From NCBI GenBank assembly GCA_009914755.4, contig CP086569.2:4608001-4672000 (forward strand): a stretch of 64,000 nt of DNA. Reading direction: 5' to 3'. Shown in pieces: positions 1-13,061 of this stretch (positions within the stretch are counted from its first letter, which is position 1; every line of letters starts with the position of its first letter). Below the pieces are notes generated by a model. That model saw only the letters and a list, made by a program, of their open reading frames with translations. It did not search any database and was not told where the DNA came from. Source of the stretch: the human T2T-CHM13v2.0 reference genome, Homo sapiens. The position numbers and the translations under genes were made by a program.

Positions 1-2430
1 CTGATGAACAGCAATGCAAAAATCCTCAACAAAATACTAGCAAACTGAATCCAACCATATATCAAAATGGTAATTCACCATGATCAAGCAGCCTTCATTC
101 CTGTGATGCAAGGTTGCTTCACATACAAAAATCAATAAATGTGATTCACCAAATAAACAGAATTAAAAAATAAAAACCATATGTTCATTTTAATAGATCC
201 AGAAAAAGCTTTCAATAAAATGCAAAATTCTCTCATGATAAGGACCCTCAAGAAACTGGATATCAAAAGAACATACCTCAAAATAATAAGAGCCATCTAT
301 GACAAACCCACAGACATCACACTGAATGGATAAAAACAGGAAGCATTTCCCTTGAGATCCAGAACGTAGACAGTGATATCTACTCTCACCAGTCCTATTC
401 AACAAAGTACTGGAAGTTCATGCCACAGCCATGGGGCAACAGAAAGTAAAAAAGACATCCAAATAGGAAAATAAGAAGTCAAACTATCTTTCTTCACTGA
501 TGATATGATCTATACCTAGAAAACTCTAAAGACTCCATCAAAAACCTCCTGGAACTGATAAACAACTTTAATAAAATTTCAGGAAACAAAATCAACATAC
601 AAAAATCAGTAGCATTTCTAAACACTAATAACATTCAAGCTGACAGCCAAATCAGGAACACAATCCCATTTAAAATAGCCACAAAAAATTAAAATATCCT
701 AGAATACATCTAACCAAGAAGGTGACAGATCTCTACAAGGAGAACTACAAAACACTGCTGAAAGAAATAAATGATGTCAGAAACAAATGAAAAAAAAATT
801 CTATGCCCATGGATTGAAAGAACAATATTAAAATAACCATAGTACCCAAAGCAATACATAGATTCAACTTTATTTCTATTAAAACACTAAAGTCATTTTT
901 CACACAACTAAGAAAAACTTTCTAAAATTCATATGGAATCAGATATCAGTCCAAGTAGCCAAAGTCATCCCAAGCAAAAAGGAAAAAGCTGGAGGCATAA
1001 TATTACCAGACTTCAAATTATACTATAAGGCTACAGTAAGCAAAACAGCATGATGCTTTTACAAAAAGATACATACACTAAGGGAAGAGATTACAGGACC
1101 CAGAAATAAGGCCACACACCTACAGTCACCTGATTTTTGACAAAGTTGACAAAAATGAGCAACAGGTAAACAACTCTCTATTCAAAAAATAGTGCTGGGC
1201 CAGCTGGCTAGCCACGTGCAGAGGAATTAAAGTGGACCTCTACCTTTCAACATATACAAAAATTAACATAAGATGGATTAAACATTTAAATGTAAGACCT
1301 CAAATGAGAGTAATCCTAGAAGAAGACCTAGGAAACACCATTCTGGACATCAGCCTTAGGAAAGAATTTATAACTAAGTCCTCAAAAGAAATTGCAACAA
1401 AAACGAAAATTGATAAGTGGGATCCAATTAAACCAAAAAGCTTCTATACTCAAGGAAACTATCAACAGAGTAAACAGACAATCTGTAGAGTGTGAGAAAA
1501 TATTGACAAACTATGCATCTGACAAAAGTCTAATATCCAAAATCTGTAAGTCACTTAAGGAGCAAAAAACAAATAATCACATTAAAAATTGGGCAAAATG
1601 CATGAGCAGACAGTTCTCAAAAGAAGACATACTGATGGCTAAAAAGCATATGAAAATTGCTCAACATAACCAATTATTAGAGAAAGGCAAATCAAAACCA
1701 TGATGAGATACCATCTCACAACAGTCAGAATAGTTATTATTAAAAGGTCAAAAAATAACAAATGTCGGCAAGGTTGCAAAGAAAAGGAAATTTATACACT
1801 GTTGGTGGGAGTATAAATCAGTTCAACAACTGTGCAAAGTAGTTTGGAGATTTCTCAAAGAAATTAAAACAATTATCATTTGACCCAGCAATTCCATTAC
1901 TGGGTATACACCCAAAAGAAAATAAGTTATTCAACCAAATAGATACATGCACTTGTATATTACTCACAGCACTATTCATAATAGCAAAGACATGAAATCA
2001 ATGTAGGTGCCCATCAATGGTGGATCAGAGAAAGAAAATATAGTACATATACACCCTGGAACACTACACAGCCATAAAAAAATGAGATCTTGTCCTTTCC
2101 AGCAACCTGGATGGAGCCGGAGGCCATCATCCTAAGCAAACTAACACAGGAACAGAAAACCAATACCACGTGTTATCACTTAAAAGTGGGAGCTAAACCA
2201 TGGGTACTCATGGACATAAGGATGGCAAAAATAGATACTGGGGGCTACTGTGGGGGGGTGTAGAGCAAGGGGGCAGGTTGAAAAGTTGAGTATTAGTAGT
2301 AGGTTGAGTACTATCCTCAGTACCTGGGTTATGGGATCAATTGTACTTCAAACCTCAGCATCATGCAATATGCCCAGGTAACAAACCTGTACACATACCC
2401 CCAAATCTAAAATAAAAGTTGAAATTATTA
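1..2430 (+). mobile_element. LINE-1 fragment (older primate L1, L1PA/L1PB-like): ORF2 C-terminal half plus 3'UTR, 5'-truncated by the window edge or by insertion.
   Basis: Recognisable ORF2 reverse-transcriptase and C-terminal motifs reach protein level only in broken frames (ORF-track fragments at 1232-1495 and 1392-1703). The 3'UTR ends near 2430. It is about 15-20% diverged from the young L1 copies elsewhere in the window. Confidence 0.85.
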
Positions 2431-3438
2431 AGAAATGTTATTGGCTATTAGTGGCTATCATAATCTACTTGAAATTTCTAAAGTAAATCTATTTATATCA
2501 GTGACGAAAGCTTCTTCCTCTCTGATGATAAATCCATTGCAGACTGGAGTTTTAAGAAAATATTTTAGGATTATGAATATATTTATTGAGACAGAAGTAA
2601 ATTCTGAATGCATGAAAGAAGAAAACTGGATATAAAAGAACCATGAAAACTGAGGAGAATTCAACATAAAGAATGCTTATTCACAGAAAACGTGATGTTT
2701 TTCAAAATCAGCCTCTATATGGTGAATTACAAATGCCAGCAAGGCCAAAAGTCAAGCATAACTATTTTAAAGAATAGTGGTTAAACTTATCATACACATG
2801 AAATTGAAGCTTATATTCTATTACAATCTTTTAACACAATCCTCATTGTTATGAGTTTCTAAATGTCAGTTCCTCACTATAAAGATGTTAGATAACCTCT
2901 CATCTAGCCTACAGTCTAAACTCTAAACAGTCTTATACACAAGTAAAAGTTATAAGATTATTTAAAATAATAAACTTGCCATTCAACTAAAGAGAATGAT
3001 TAACTCCTTCAAAAAGTAACATCTTATATTGATACCCATAAACATTTATGAATATCTTTATGTAGTCATATACTATTTTAGAATTTTTTACAGTAAGAAA
3101 TGTATAAGGGAAATATAGTGCCTCAGGTTGTTTGAATGAATGAAGAAAATTGTCATCTATTAAAGATACAGAAATTCAGTCATCAATGTTAGAATAATTT
3201 TTTCATACATGTTTTAAGTAGCCTTTCAAAAGCCAGCAGGAAATTGAAAACTGACATCCTGAAATATCCACTTATACTGCTGCACACATATACACACATG
3301 CATATACACACATAATATGAAGTGATAAAAAAAGACACCCAAGTGTGATAATTTTCTAAAGTCAAACAATAGTAACAATAGATATATCTATAGACCGTTT
3401 AATACATGCTGAATATTGTTTTAAGCACTTCATATGTA

Positions 3439-5157
3439 CAGGTATACCTCAGAGATACTGAGTTCAGTTCCAGACCACTACAATGAAGCAAATATCACAA
3501 TAAAGCGAGTTACATGATTTTTTTGGTTTCCCCTTGCATATAAAAGTTATATTTACACTGTACTATAGTCTACTAAGAGTGAAATAGACTATTTTTTGGT
3601 CTAAAAATGTACGTGTCTAAATTTAAAATACTTTATTGCTAAAAACTGCTAATAATCATCTGAGCTTTCAGCAAATTGCAGTGTTTTTCTTGGTTGGTGT
3701 TCTGTCTCAGTGTTGATGGCTGCTGATTGAATACCATGGTGGTTGCTGAAGGTTGAGGTGCCTGAGGAAATTTTTAATAAGACAATGGTAACATTTGCCT
3801 CATTAATTGACTCTTCCTTTCATGAAAGATTTCTCTGTGGCACGTGATGCTGTTTGATAGCATTTTACCCACAGTAGAACGTTCACACTTGGAGTCAATC
3901 CTCTCAAACTCTGCCACCACTTTATCAGCCAAGTTTATGTAACATTCTAAGTCCTTTGTTGTCATTTCAAAAATGTTCCACAGCATCTTCACCAGGAGTA
4001 GATTCCACCTCAAGAAACCAATTTCTTTGCTCATCCATAAAAACCAACTCATCTGCTCAAGTTTTATCATGAGATTACAGCAATTCAGGCAAACCTTCAG
4101 TCTCCACTTCTAATCTAGTTCTCTTGGTACATCCACCACATGTGCAGTTTTTCTATTGGAAAAAGCCTTCTTTTCCAATAGAAGGCTATTTCATCTACAT
4201 TGAAAATCTGTTGTGTAGTGTAGCTACCTTCATTAATTAACACAATCTTCAGCAGCTTGCTGCAGCTTCTCCCTCAGCACTTGATGCTTCACCTTGCACT
4301 TTTATGTTATGAAGATGGCTTCATTCCTTAAATCTCATTGAAACAACCTCTGCAAAATTCAAACTTTTTTCCTGCTGCTTTCTCATCTCTCTGTCTTCAT
4401 TGAATTGAAGAGGGTTAGGGCCTTGTTGTGGATTAGGTTTCAGTTTAAGGCAATGATGTGGCTACTTTGATCTTCTATTCAGATCACTCAAACTTTCTCC
4501 ATATCAGCAATAAGTCTGCTTATTCTTCTTATCATTGGTGCGTTCAGAGTAACACTTTCAATTTCCTTCAAGAACTTTTCCTTGATATTCACAATTTGGC
4601 TAACTGGCAAAAGAGCCCTAGCTTTTGACCTATCTTAACTTTTGGCATGCCTTCTTTACTAAGCTTAAACATTTTGGACTTTTGATTTAAAGTGAAAGAG
4701 TTGAACACCTAAAGTCAATTTTGGTGTTATTAACTGGCCTAATTTGTATATTGTTATGTCCCAGGGAATAGGGAGGCCCAAGTAGAGGGAGAGAGGGTAA
4801 CACCTGGCCATTGAAACAGTCAGAACACACACAACAATTATCAATTAAGTTCACCATTATTTATGGGTGCAGTTTGTGGTGCCTCAAAGCAATTATAATA
4901 GTAACATCAAAGATTACTGATCACAGATCATCTTAATAGATATAATAATAATCGGATATAATAATACTAATAAAGTTAGAAATATCACAAGAATTACAAA
5001 AAAATGTGACATGGAGACACAAAGTGAGCACAGTTCATTTAGGAAAAATGTCACTGAAAGACTTTCTTGAGGAAGGGTTGCCACTAACTTTAAATTTGTA
5101 AATATGTATATCTGAGAAGTGCAATAAGGGGAAACACAATAAAATAAGCTACACCTG
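3439..5157 (-). mobile_element. Tigger-type DNA transposon (pogo/Tc1-mariner superfamily), internally deleted (about 1.7 kb; full-length elements are about 2.4 kb). Transposase remnants read on the minus strand.
   Basis: The left terminus is caggtatacctcagagatactg. The right end carries the typical Tigger sub-terminal block gatcacagatca...gtgacatggagacacaaagtgagcacag...ggttgccactaactttaaatttgtaaa...agctacacctg. TA dinucleotides sit immediately outside both ends (3437-3438 and 5158-5159). A 98-aa minus-strand ORF at 3774-4070 looks like a decayed pogo/CENP-B-like transposase remnant. Confidence 0.75.
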
Positions 5158-5294
5158 TATTAACCCCCTTAATCCTCACAACAAAACTGTAATACTGGCA
5201 CTGTCATGATGTCCATTTTTCAACTGGGAAAAAGAGTGCAAAAAAGTGGGGCAAGATTCAAACTGGCAATCTGTTTCCTCATCCCACTTTTTAT

Positions 5295-8200
5295 ATTATA
5301 ATTATTTATTTTTTTATAAATTTTACTTTAGGTTCAAGATTACAGATGTTATATAGACAATTGCATGTCATGGGGATTTGGTATACAGTTTATTTCATCT
5401 CCTCAGTAATAAGGATAGTACACTATAGGTAGTTTTTCATTTCTCACCATCCTCCCACCCTCCACCCTCAAATAGGCCCTGGCGTTTATTGTTCTCTTTA
5501 TTATGTCCATGTTTAATCAATGCTTAGCTCCCACTTTAAAGTGAAAACATGCAGCATTTGGTTTTCTGTTTCTGCGTAAGTTCCTCTGTTGGTTCCTCCA
5601 GCGCCATCTGTGTTGCTGCAAATGACATAATCTGGTTATTTTTTACAGTTGTGTAGTATTTCATGATATATATGTACAACATTTTCTTTCTCCAGTCTAC
5701 CATTAATGGATTTTAGGTTGATTCCATTTCTCTGCTGTTGTGAATAGTGCTGCAATGAACATACACATGCATATGTATTTATTGTAAAACGGTTTCTATT
5801 CCTTTGGGTATATACCCAATAAAGGGATTGCTGTGTGGAATGGTAATTCTGCCTTAAGTTTTTTGAGGAATCACCAAGCTGCTTTCCACAATGGCAGAAC
5901 TAATTTAACATTCCCACCAAAAGTGCTTTTCTCTGCAGCCTCAGCAACATCTGTAATTTTTTACTTTTTAATAACAGCCATTCTGACTGTTGTGAGATGA
6001 TATCTAATTGTGGTTTTGATTTGCATTTCTCTAATGATTAGTGATGTTGAGCATTTTTTCATGTGCTTGTTGGCCATATATGTGTCTTCTTTTGAGAAGT
6101 GTCACTTTATGTACTTTGCCCTCTTTTAATTTTTTTTTATTTTTTGCTTTCTAATTTGCTTGACTTGCTTATAGAATTCTGGATATAAGGTCTTTGTCAG
6201 ATGCATAGTTTGTCAATATTTTCTCCCATCCTTTATGTGATCTGTTTACTCTGTGGATAGTTACTTTTGCTGTGAAGAAGCTGCTCTTTAATGTATTTAA
6301 GTCCCATTTGTCAATTTTTGCTTTTGTTGTGATTGCTTTAGGTGTCTTTGTATGAAATATTTGCCAGAGCCTATGTCCAGAATGGTATTTCTTAGGTTTT
6401 CATCTAGAGCTTTTTATAGTTTTAGGTTTATTTTTAAGACTTTAATCCATCTTTAGTTGATTTATGTATATAATGAAAGGAATAGGTTCATGTTCAATCT
6501 TCTGCATATAGCTAGCCAGTTATCCCAGCACTACTTATTGAGTAGGGAATCCTTTCCCCATTGCTCATTTTGGTCACTTTTGTCGAACATCAGTTAGTTG
6601 TAGCTGTGTGGTCTTATTTCTGGGTTCTCTGTGCTGGTCCATTGATCTATGTGTCTGTTTTTGTACCAGTACCATGCTGTTTTGGTTTCTGTAGCCCTGT
6701 GGTATAGCTTGAAACCAGGTAATATGTTGCCTCTAGCTTTGTTCTTTTTGCTTAGGATTGCCTTGGCACTTTGAGCTCTTTTTTTTTTTTTGTTCTATAT
6801 GAATTTTAAAATGGCTTTGTCTAACTATCTGAAAGATATCATTAGTAGTTAGAAATAAGATTGAATCTGTAAATTGTTTTTGGCAGTATGGCCATCTTAA
6901 CAATATTGATTCTTCCTGTCCATGGGTATGGAATGTTTTATCACTTGTTTTTGTCAGCTTTGATTTCTTTGAGCAGTGTTTTGTAATTCTTATAGTAAAG
7001 ATCTTTCACCTCTTGGTTAGTTATATTCCTAGGTATCTTATTATTTTTGTGGCTACTGTGAATGGGATTGTGTTCTTGATTTGGCTCTCAGCTTCAGTGT
7101 AGGTGTATAGGAATGTTACTAACTTTTGTAAATTGATTTGTATGCTGAAACCTTGCTGAAGTTCTTTATCAGATTTGGAGCTTTGGGGCAGAGACTATGG
7201 GGTTTTCTTTGTTTAATTTCCATATAATTGTATGGTTTCAAGTGATTTTCTTAGTATTTATTTCTATTTTTATTGCTCTGTAATCCAAGAGTGTGGTTGG
7301 CATGATTTTAGTGTTTTTGACTCTGCTGAGAATTCTTTATAGCTGATTCTGTGGTTGATTTTAGAATATGTGCCATATGCAGATGAGAAGAATGTATATC
7401 CTATTGGGTTGGAGGCTAAGGGTTCTATAGATGTCTGTTAGGTCTGTTTAGTCAAGTGTTGAGTTCAGGTCTCATGTATCTTTGTTAGTTTTCTGCCTAG
7501 ATGATCTGTCTAATAATCTCAGTGGAGTGTTCTCATCTTTATATTTTGTCATGATCTAAATCTCATCATAGATCTCTAAGGACTTACTTCATTAACCCAG
7601 GTGCCACTGTGTTGAGTGGCATATATTTTTAGGAAAGTTCAGTCTTCTTGTTGAATAGAACCTTTTACCCTTATGTAATGCCCTTCTTTGTCTTTTAAAA
7701 TCATTGTTGGTTTAAAGTCTGTTTTGTCTGAAATTAGAATAACAACCTCCAATTTTGGGGGAATTTTCTTGGTAGATTTTTCTACATCCCTTTACTTTGT
7801 GCCTATGCATGTCATTGGCTGTGAGATGTGTCTCTTGAAGACAGCATACAATTGGGTCTTGCTTCTTTATGCAACTTACCACTCTGTGCCTTCTAATTTG
7901 GTCATTTACCCTGTTTACATTCAAGTTTAATATTGATATGTGCACTTTTGATTCTGTCATCATCTTGTTAGCTGGTTATTATGTAGACTTGATCCCATGA
8001 TTGATTTAAAGTTTCAATGGCCTATGAACACAAGTGAATTTTTGTGGTGGCCAATAACAATCTTTCCTTTCCATATTTAGCACTCCTTTGATGACCTCTT
8101 GTAAGTCTGACGTGGTGGTAGGTTACAAATTCACATACATTTGCTTATCTGAAATGGATCTTATTTTTCCTTTGCTTATGAAACTTAGTTTGATTGAATA

Positions 8201-10712
8201 TGAAATTTTTGTTTGGAACTTGTTTTCTTTAATAGTGCTGAATATAGACCTCCAATCTCCTGTGGCTTGTAGGATTTTGTTGAAAGGTCCACTGTTAGCC
8301 TGATTGGGTTTCATTTGTAGGTGACTTGCCACTTTTCTCTATGTATCTTTAACATCTTTTCTTTCATGGTAACCTTAGAAAGTCTGATGACTATGTGTCT
8401 TAGGTGTGGTCATCTTGCATAGTGTCTTGCAAGGTTCTTCTGCGTTTCCTGAAGTTGAATGTTGGCCTCTTTAGCAAGTTTGGGCTGATTTTCAAGGATG
8501 ATATTCTCAAATTATTTTCAAGTTGCTTACTTTCCCTCACTCTCTTTCAAGGACACCAATGAATCAGATTTGGTCTCCTTATATAATCCCATATTTCTTA
8601 GAGTGTTTGTTTATCCTTCATTATTTTTTAAAATCTTTGTCTGATTGACTTATTTCAGAGAACCACTCTTTTCACTCTGAGATTCTTTACTAAGTTTGGT
8701 CAATTCTGCTGTTAATACTTGTGATTGTATCATGAAATTCTTGTAGTGAGTTTTTCACCTCTGTCCAGTTTGTTTCTTTTTAAAAATGACTATTTTATCT
8801 TTCATCACCTGTATCATTTTCATTTATTCTGAAGGTTCCATGCATTGGGATTTGAATTTCTGCTGAATCTCAATGATTTTTGTTCCTACCCATATTCTGA
8901 ACACTATTTCTGTAATTTCAGTCATTTTGGCCTTGTTAAGAACCATGGCTAAAGAAGTAGAGTAGTCATTTGCATGTTAGTAGACACTCTGACTTTTTGA
9001 GTTTCCAGAGTTCTTGTGCTGGTTGTTTCTCTTCTGTGTGGGCTGATGTTCCTTCAATCTTCGAAGTTGTTATCTTTTGGATGAGTTTCCTTTCCTTTTA
9101 TCTTCTTTGATGCCCTTGAGGGTTTGATTTTGGTATAAGGTGGACTCAGTTGACTGGCTTCATTTCTGGAAGATTTTAGGGGGGCAAGTCTCCGCTCAGC
9201 AATCCTGGGCTGTGTGCACTAACTCTGGGGGCCTGGTACCAGGCCATTGCCTTGGTTCTCTGGCCCTTCAAGGTTATGAACCTGCTTCACTAGAGAGACT
9301 GATGTGTTCTCAGTCTGCTAACCACAACATTCCAATGGGTGATGCCAGCCAAAGCACATTGTCAGGTAAGTGGCAGCAGGATTCATGCTTGCTTGTGAGT
9401 ACAGCAGCTGTGGCAGTATGACAAGATGCACACAAGTTGGCTGGGGTGGAGTACTGGTAAGAGCAGGACTGCTGCATTTCTGCATGGATTCATGCCAGTG
9501 CTGTCAGTGGCATAGAGGGGCAGGGTACTGGTAGGCATGGGGTTGCTGGTGTGTATGCTCACTGTCACACTGGTGGCAACAGTTGGGGCAGGGTGCTGGC
9601 TGATGTAAGGCTACCTCCATGCACACATTTGCAGCAACAGCAATGGTAACGTAGGGGAGTGGGGATGCTGGCCCACATCCATGTGTGTGTTTGTATCAGC
9701 AGCAGTGTCAGCACAAGAGGGAGCAGGGTTTCTGGCATCCATACATGCATTCACGCTTGCAATGGCAATGTGGCCCAATGTCTACATATCAGTGGTCGAG
9801 CACAAGGGATTTGCTCTTGCCACCAGCAGTGGCGTGACAGGGTGCATGCACACACACATGCTGGTGGGGAAAGGGAGCTGCAGTCTACCCATTCACCCAT
9901 GCCAGCAAAGCAATGAATGGTTGGCCATGGGCATGTGTGTGCCTACAAAGTGGCACAGGGGAGGCTGCAGTTGAGGGAGGATGCTGTTGGACTGGTGAAT
10001 GTCAGCAGAGGCTACTCTGTTGGAGCTCTCTGAAGGTCAGGCATAATCTGTCATTAAAGGAGCTATGATGAAGGCCGCAAGTTCACACCCAGTTTGAGCA
10101 TCTGAGGCTGCATGGCAACTGGGCATGGACAGGCTGGGGCCCTGGAGAGGCAAGCAGACATGACTGTGTTCAGATTGAATTTGCCTCATCTCATGGGCAA
10201 GACTTCCCTGCTGTGTCTGGGTCCAAAAGCCAGCCCAAGGCTAATGTCTCTTACGGGAACATGGTGAGACTTGGGGGATGCATCTCCCTGGCCATGATCA
10301 ACTGCATACGTTCCCATACCAAATGCTCTGGGCTCCACATAGGCTGAAATCTTGCCCCTAACATCCCTTTAAGCAGCTCTCTCACAGCTCAAGTGTCCAT
10401 CGGGGTTGTGGGGTCTCCTACTACCAAGATGCCAGAGGTCCGTGGTGAGAGTGGGCCACTTTTTTCCTGTTGTACTCACCCTTTCCCCAGAAATTTCTGG
10501 GGGCCAGGAACATTTCCCAGTGCTCAGTAGCCCTGTGCAGGATTCCCAGCTTCCTCCCGCTTCAACCCAGCATCTGTGTCCTCTCTCCATCCATTCTCAA
10601 TGCCTTCCCTCCGAAGGTCTACTCATGGTGTGCCAGTATTCCTGATGTCCCAATTTCTCAGTGACAGATGTTCCTTCTGGCTGTATCTAGTCAGCCATCT
10701 GGGATATTCTTT
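5295..10712 (-). mobile_element. Older LINE-1 (L1PA-older/L1PB-like), nearly full length, in antisense orientation: 3'UTR at the left, ORF2, ORF1 (about 8300-9100), then a 5'UTR with internal tandem sub-repeats (about 9100-10700).
   Basis: The reverse complement of 5300-8300 aligns by eye to the L1 3'UTR/ORF2 antisense sequence (compare the young antisense L1 at 20411-24400). The 8300-9100 stretch is antisense to the ORF1 C-terminus. The 9400-9950 stretch shows about 80-90 bp imperfect tandem units typical of old primate L1 5'UTRs. No long ORF survives. Confidence 0.8.
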
Positions 10713-10736
10713 AAAAAAAAAAAAAAAAAAAAAAAG
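10713..10736 (+). repeat. Poly(A) homopolymer of 24 A.
   Basis: Direct reading. It lies between the 5' end of the antisense old L1 and a plus-strand L1M 3'UTR fragment. Confidence 0.95.
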
Positions 10737-11065
10737 ACTACATTCATCCTTCAGTATTCACTGGGGATTGGTTCCTGGGCCTCCTGTGTATTCCAAAATC
10801 TAGAGATGCTTAAGTACCTTATAGAAAATGGCATAGTATTTGCATATAACCTATGCACATCTTTATGAACACTTTAAATCATCTCTTGGTTACTTATAAT
10901 ACCTAACACAATGTAAATGCTATGTAAATTGTTGTTATACTGTATTTTAATTTTAATTTTATTGTTGTATTTTTTTTTTCTTTTTTAAATATTTTTCATC
11001 TTTAGTTGGTTGAATCTATGAGTGTGGAACCCAAGGTTATGGAGGACTGGCTGTGGATACCTGAA
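10737..11065 (+). mobile_element. L1 (L1MA/L1PB-type) 3'UTR fragment.
   Basis: It matches the remembered old-L1 3'-end consensus (...gcatataacctatgcacatc...ctttaaatcatctct.gattacttataatacctaa.acaatgtaaatgctatgtaaat.gttgttatactgtatt...ggttggttgaatc...ggaaccc...ggatacggagggc.gactgt). Confidence 0.6.
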
Positions 11066-13061
11066 GAGGTAAAGATAGTATTTGCCAGAAAATTCAGTTG
11101 AAACATTTGTTCAATGTTTACAATAAATATCTACAGGTATCATCCTGGGGACTTTTTAAATAAAAATTGAATAAAAATTCTCCAAGTATAGCTCAAAAGA
11201 AGGCTTACTATATTCATGGTTTAGTAATTAATCAGGATATTCATATCCTAAATTCCCATGTCAAGTTAATCTTCACACTTTTTTTTTAATAATCAAAAGT
11301 ATAAAGATTATATTTTTCTCCCAAAAAAAGGCCTTTAAAGGAAATGACCTGGTTTATATATTACTCAGGACATTTGAGGTATTTCTTTTCTTCTTTTGAG
11401 AAATCAGGAGCAGATTTCAATGTTGGCAGAAATACATAAGCCCAATGGCTTAATGCCTCATTTACTTCCAATATCAAATATGTCCTAGTATGAAAAGCAA
11501 AGAAGTTAGAAGATTTTACTATATTAAAAGGAACAAATTATTTATTTTTCCCAAGGCAGACTCAGCCAAAATGTAATAGACTAAGAACATCAATCAAGTA
11601 TCTTAATATAGATTCAACCAAAGGCCAAGAAAGGTTAAAAAGGGGTGGGGGGGTGTAATATGTATAATACTCTATATCTAAGGAGTCCTAAAACCTTTAA
11701 TAGAAGTTGAGTTTTAGAAACAATTTATCAGATAAATGTTCAACCAGAAGTTACTACTGATTTAGTATTAACTCTACTAAAAAATATTCATCATTTTATG
11801 TGCCAAGTACTCTACTAACGGCTTTGCATTTATTAACTCATTTAATCCTTATACAAACCCTATGTAGTAATTACTGTTATCCTCGGTTTACAGATGAGAA
11901 TGATACTAAAAGCAGTCTGCTTATTGCCATAATGCATGATAGATGAAAGAATGCCTATTTAGGAATTCTGAAATATAATACTTACTAATTGTTACCATTC
12001 TCCAGGTCATTCATGTTCCCAAATGAGAAAATTTAAATAAAAAATATTCAAATCCTCATACTCAATGAACCCACTCTTTACCTTTACTTGGACCTCAAAT
12101 TGCTCAAAAACATCCACTTCATTCTTTACATTAGCACATATGAATTCTACAAATTAAATACTGTAGTTACCAATTTTAGTGCTGACTAGTACTTAAGATG
12201 CTTTTTTTTTTAACAACAGTTTCCTGTTGTGCTTATAACATTTGTCCCAATTTTCGTTTTTATTCCCACTGCTACCACTCTGGGCAAGGTCTTTAATTGA
12301 ATGGCCTCAAAAATGATCTTCCTGCATCTAGTCTCTTGCGTGTTACAATTTCTTCATTCAACAAATACTATTTGATATAAATTGACCCCTTACTATTACG
12401 CATGGCACATAGTAAGGTGTCAATTTATATTTGTTTAATGAAGTGTTAAACCAAAGAGACAATGATTCTTGATCTTATAGCCCTTATACCCTACCATGTC
12501 TCTAAACAAAAACGTAAAATGTCTCCCATTGTTTTTGAGACAATTTCAAACTCTACAAATTTGCATTTAAGATACTTCACAAACTATTTTTACATATATC
12601 TATTTCAATACTATCCAACACAAACTCTCTAATATAACCAGGAAATATCCTCATTATCCTTCAATATGAAATATCCATTCCCAAATCTGCACCATTTATT
12701 AGAATGTTTCCTCCACGTGAATTTTCTTCACTGTCTTCTTCATGATTACAAAGACCTATTCATCACCCTTTCAGTAAGAGATTATATCTCTGCCCTGTCA
12801 AAAAAAGTTTCCAATTTTCTCCAGCTAATATCTTTCTTCTCTGAACTGCTCTGAACTTAGAATTTACATTAGTGTTTACAAATTTTGGCAACAAAGAGTA
12901 TCAAGGAACACTGAGAGCACATCATAGCATATTTAAGATCAAATTATGACTGCAACCCTTCCATTTAAGGGAAGACCCCCAAAAGATTGCATAGCATAGA
13001 AATAGATGCAAGGTACCAGTAAGATTCAATTTCTTAGGTTTTAAGATGTGTTCATTAGGAG

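Noticed and set aside
9140-9974. Cys/His-rich ORFs (61-97 aa) at 9140-9974 as zinc-finger-like coding sequence.
   Set aside because: They are translation artefacts of the GC-rich, internally repetitive antisense L1 5'UTR (tgc/cac/cag-rich tandem units). They have no start context, splice signals or domain pattern.
10713-10736. The A24 tract as the poly(A) tail of the antisense L1 at 5295-10712.
   Set aside because: It is on the wrong strand: an antisense L1 tail would read as poly(T) at the left end, near 5295-5315 where a T-run does occur. This tract sits at the L1 5' end.
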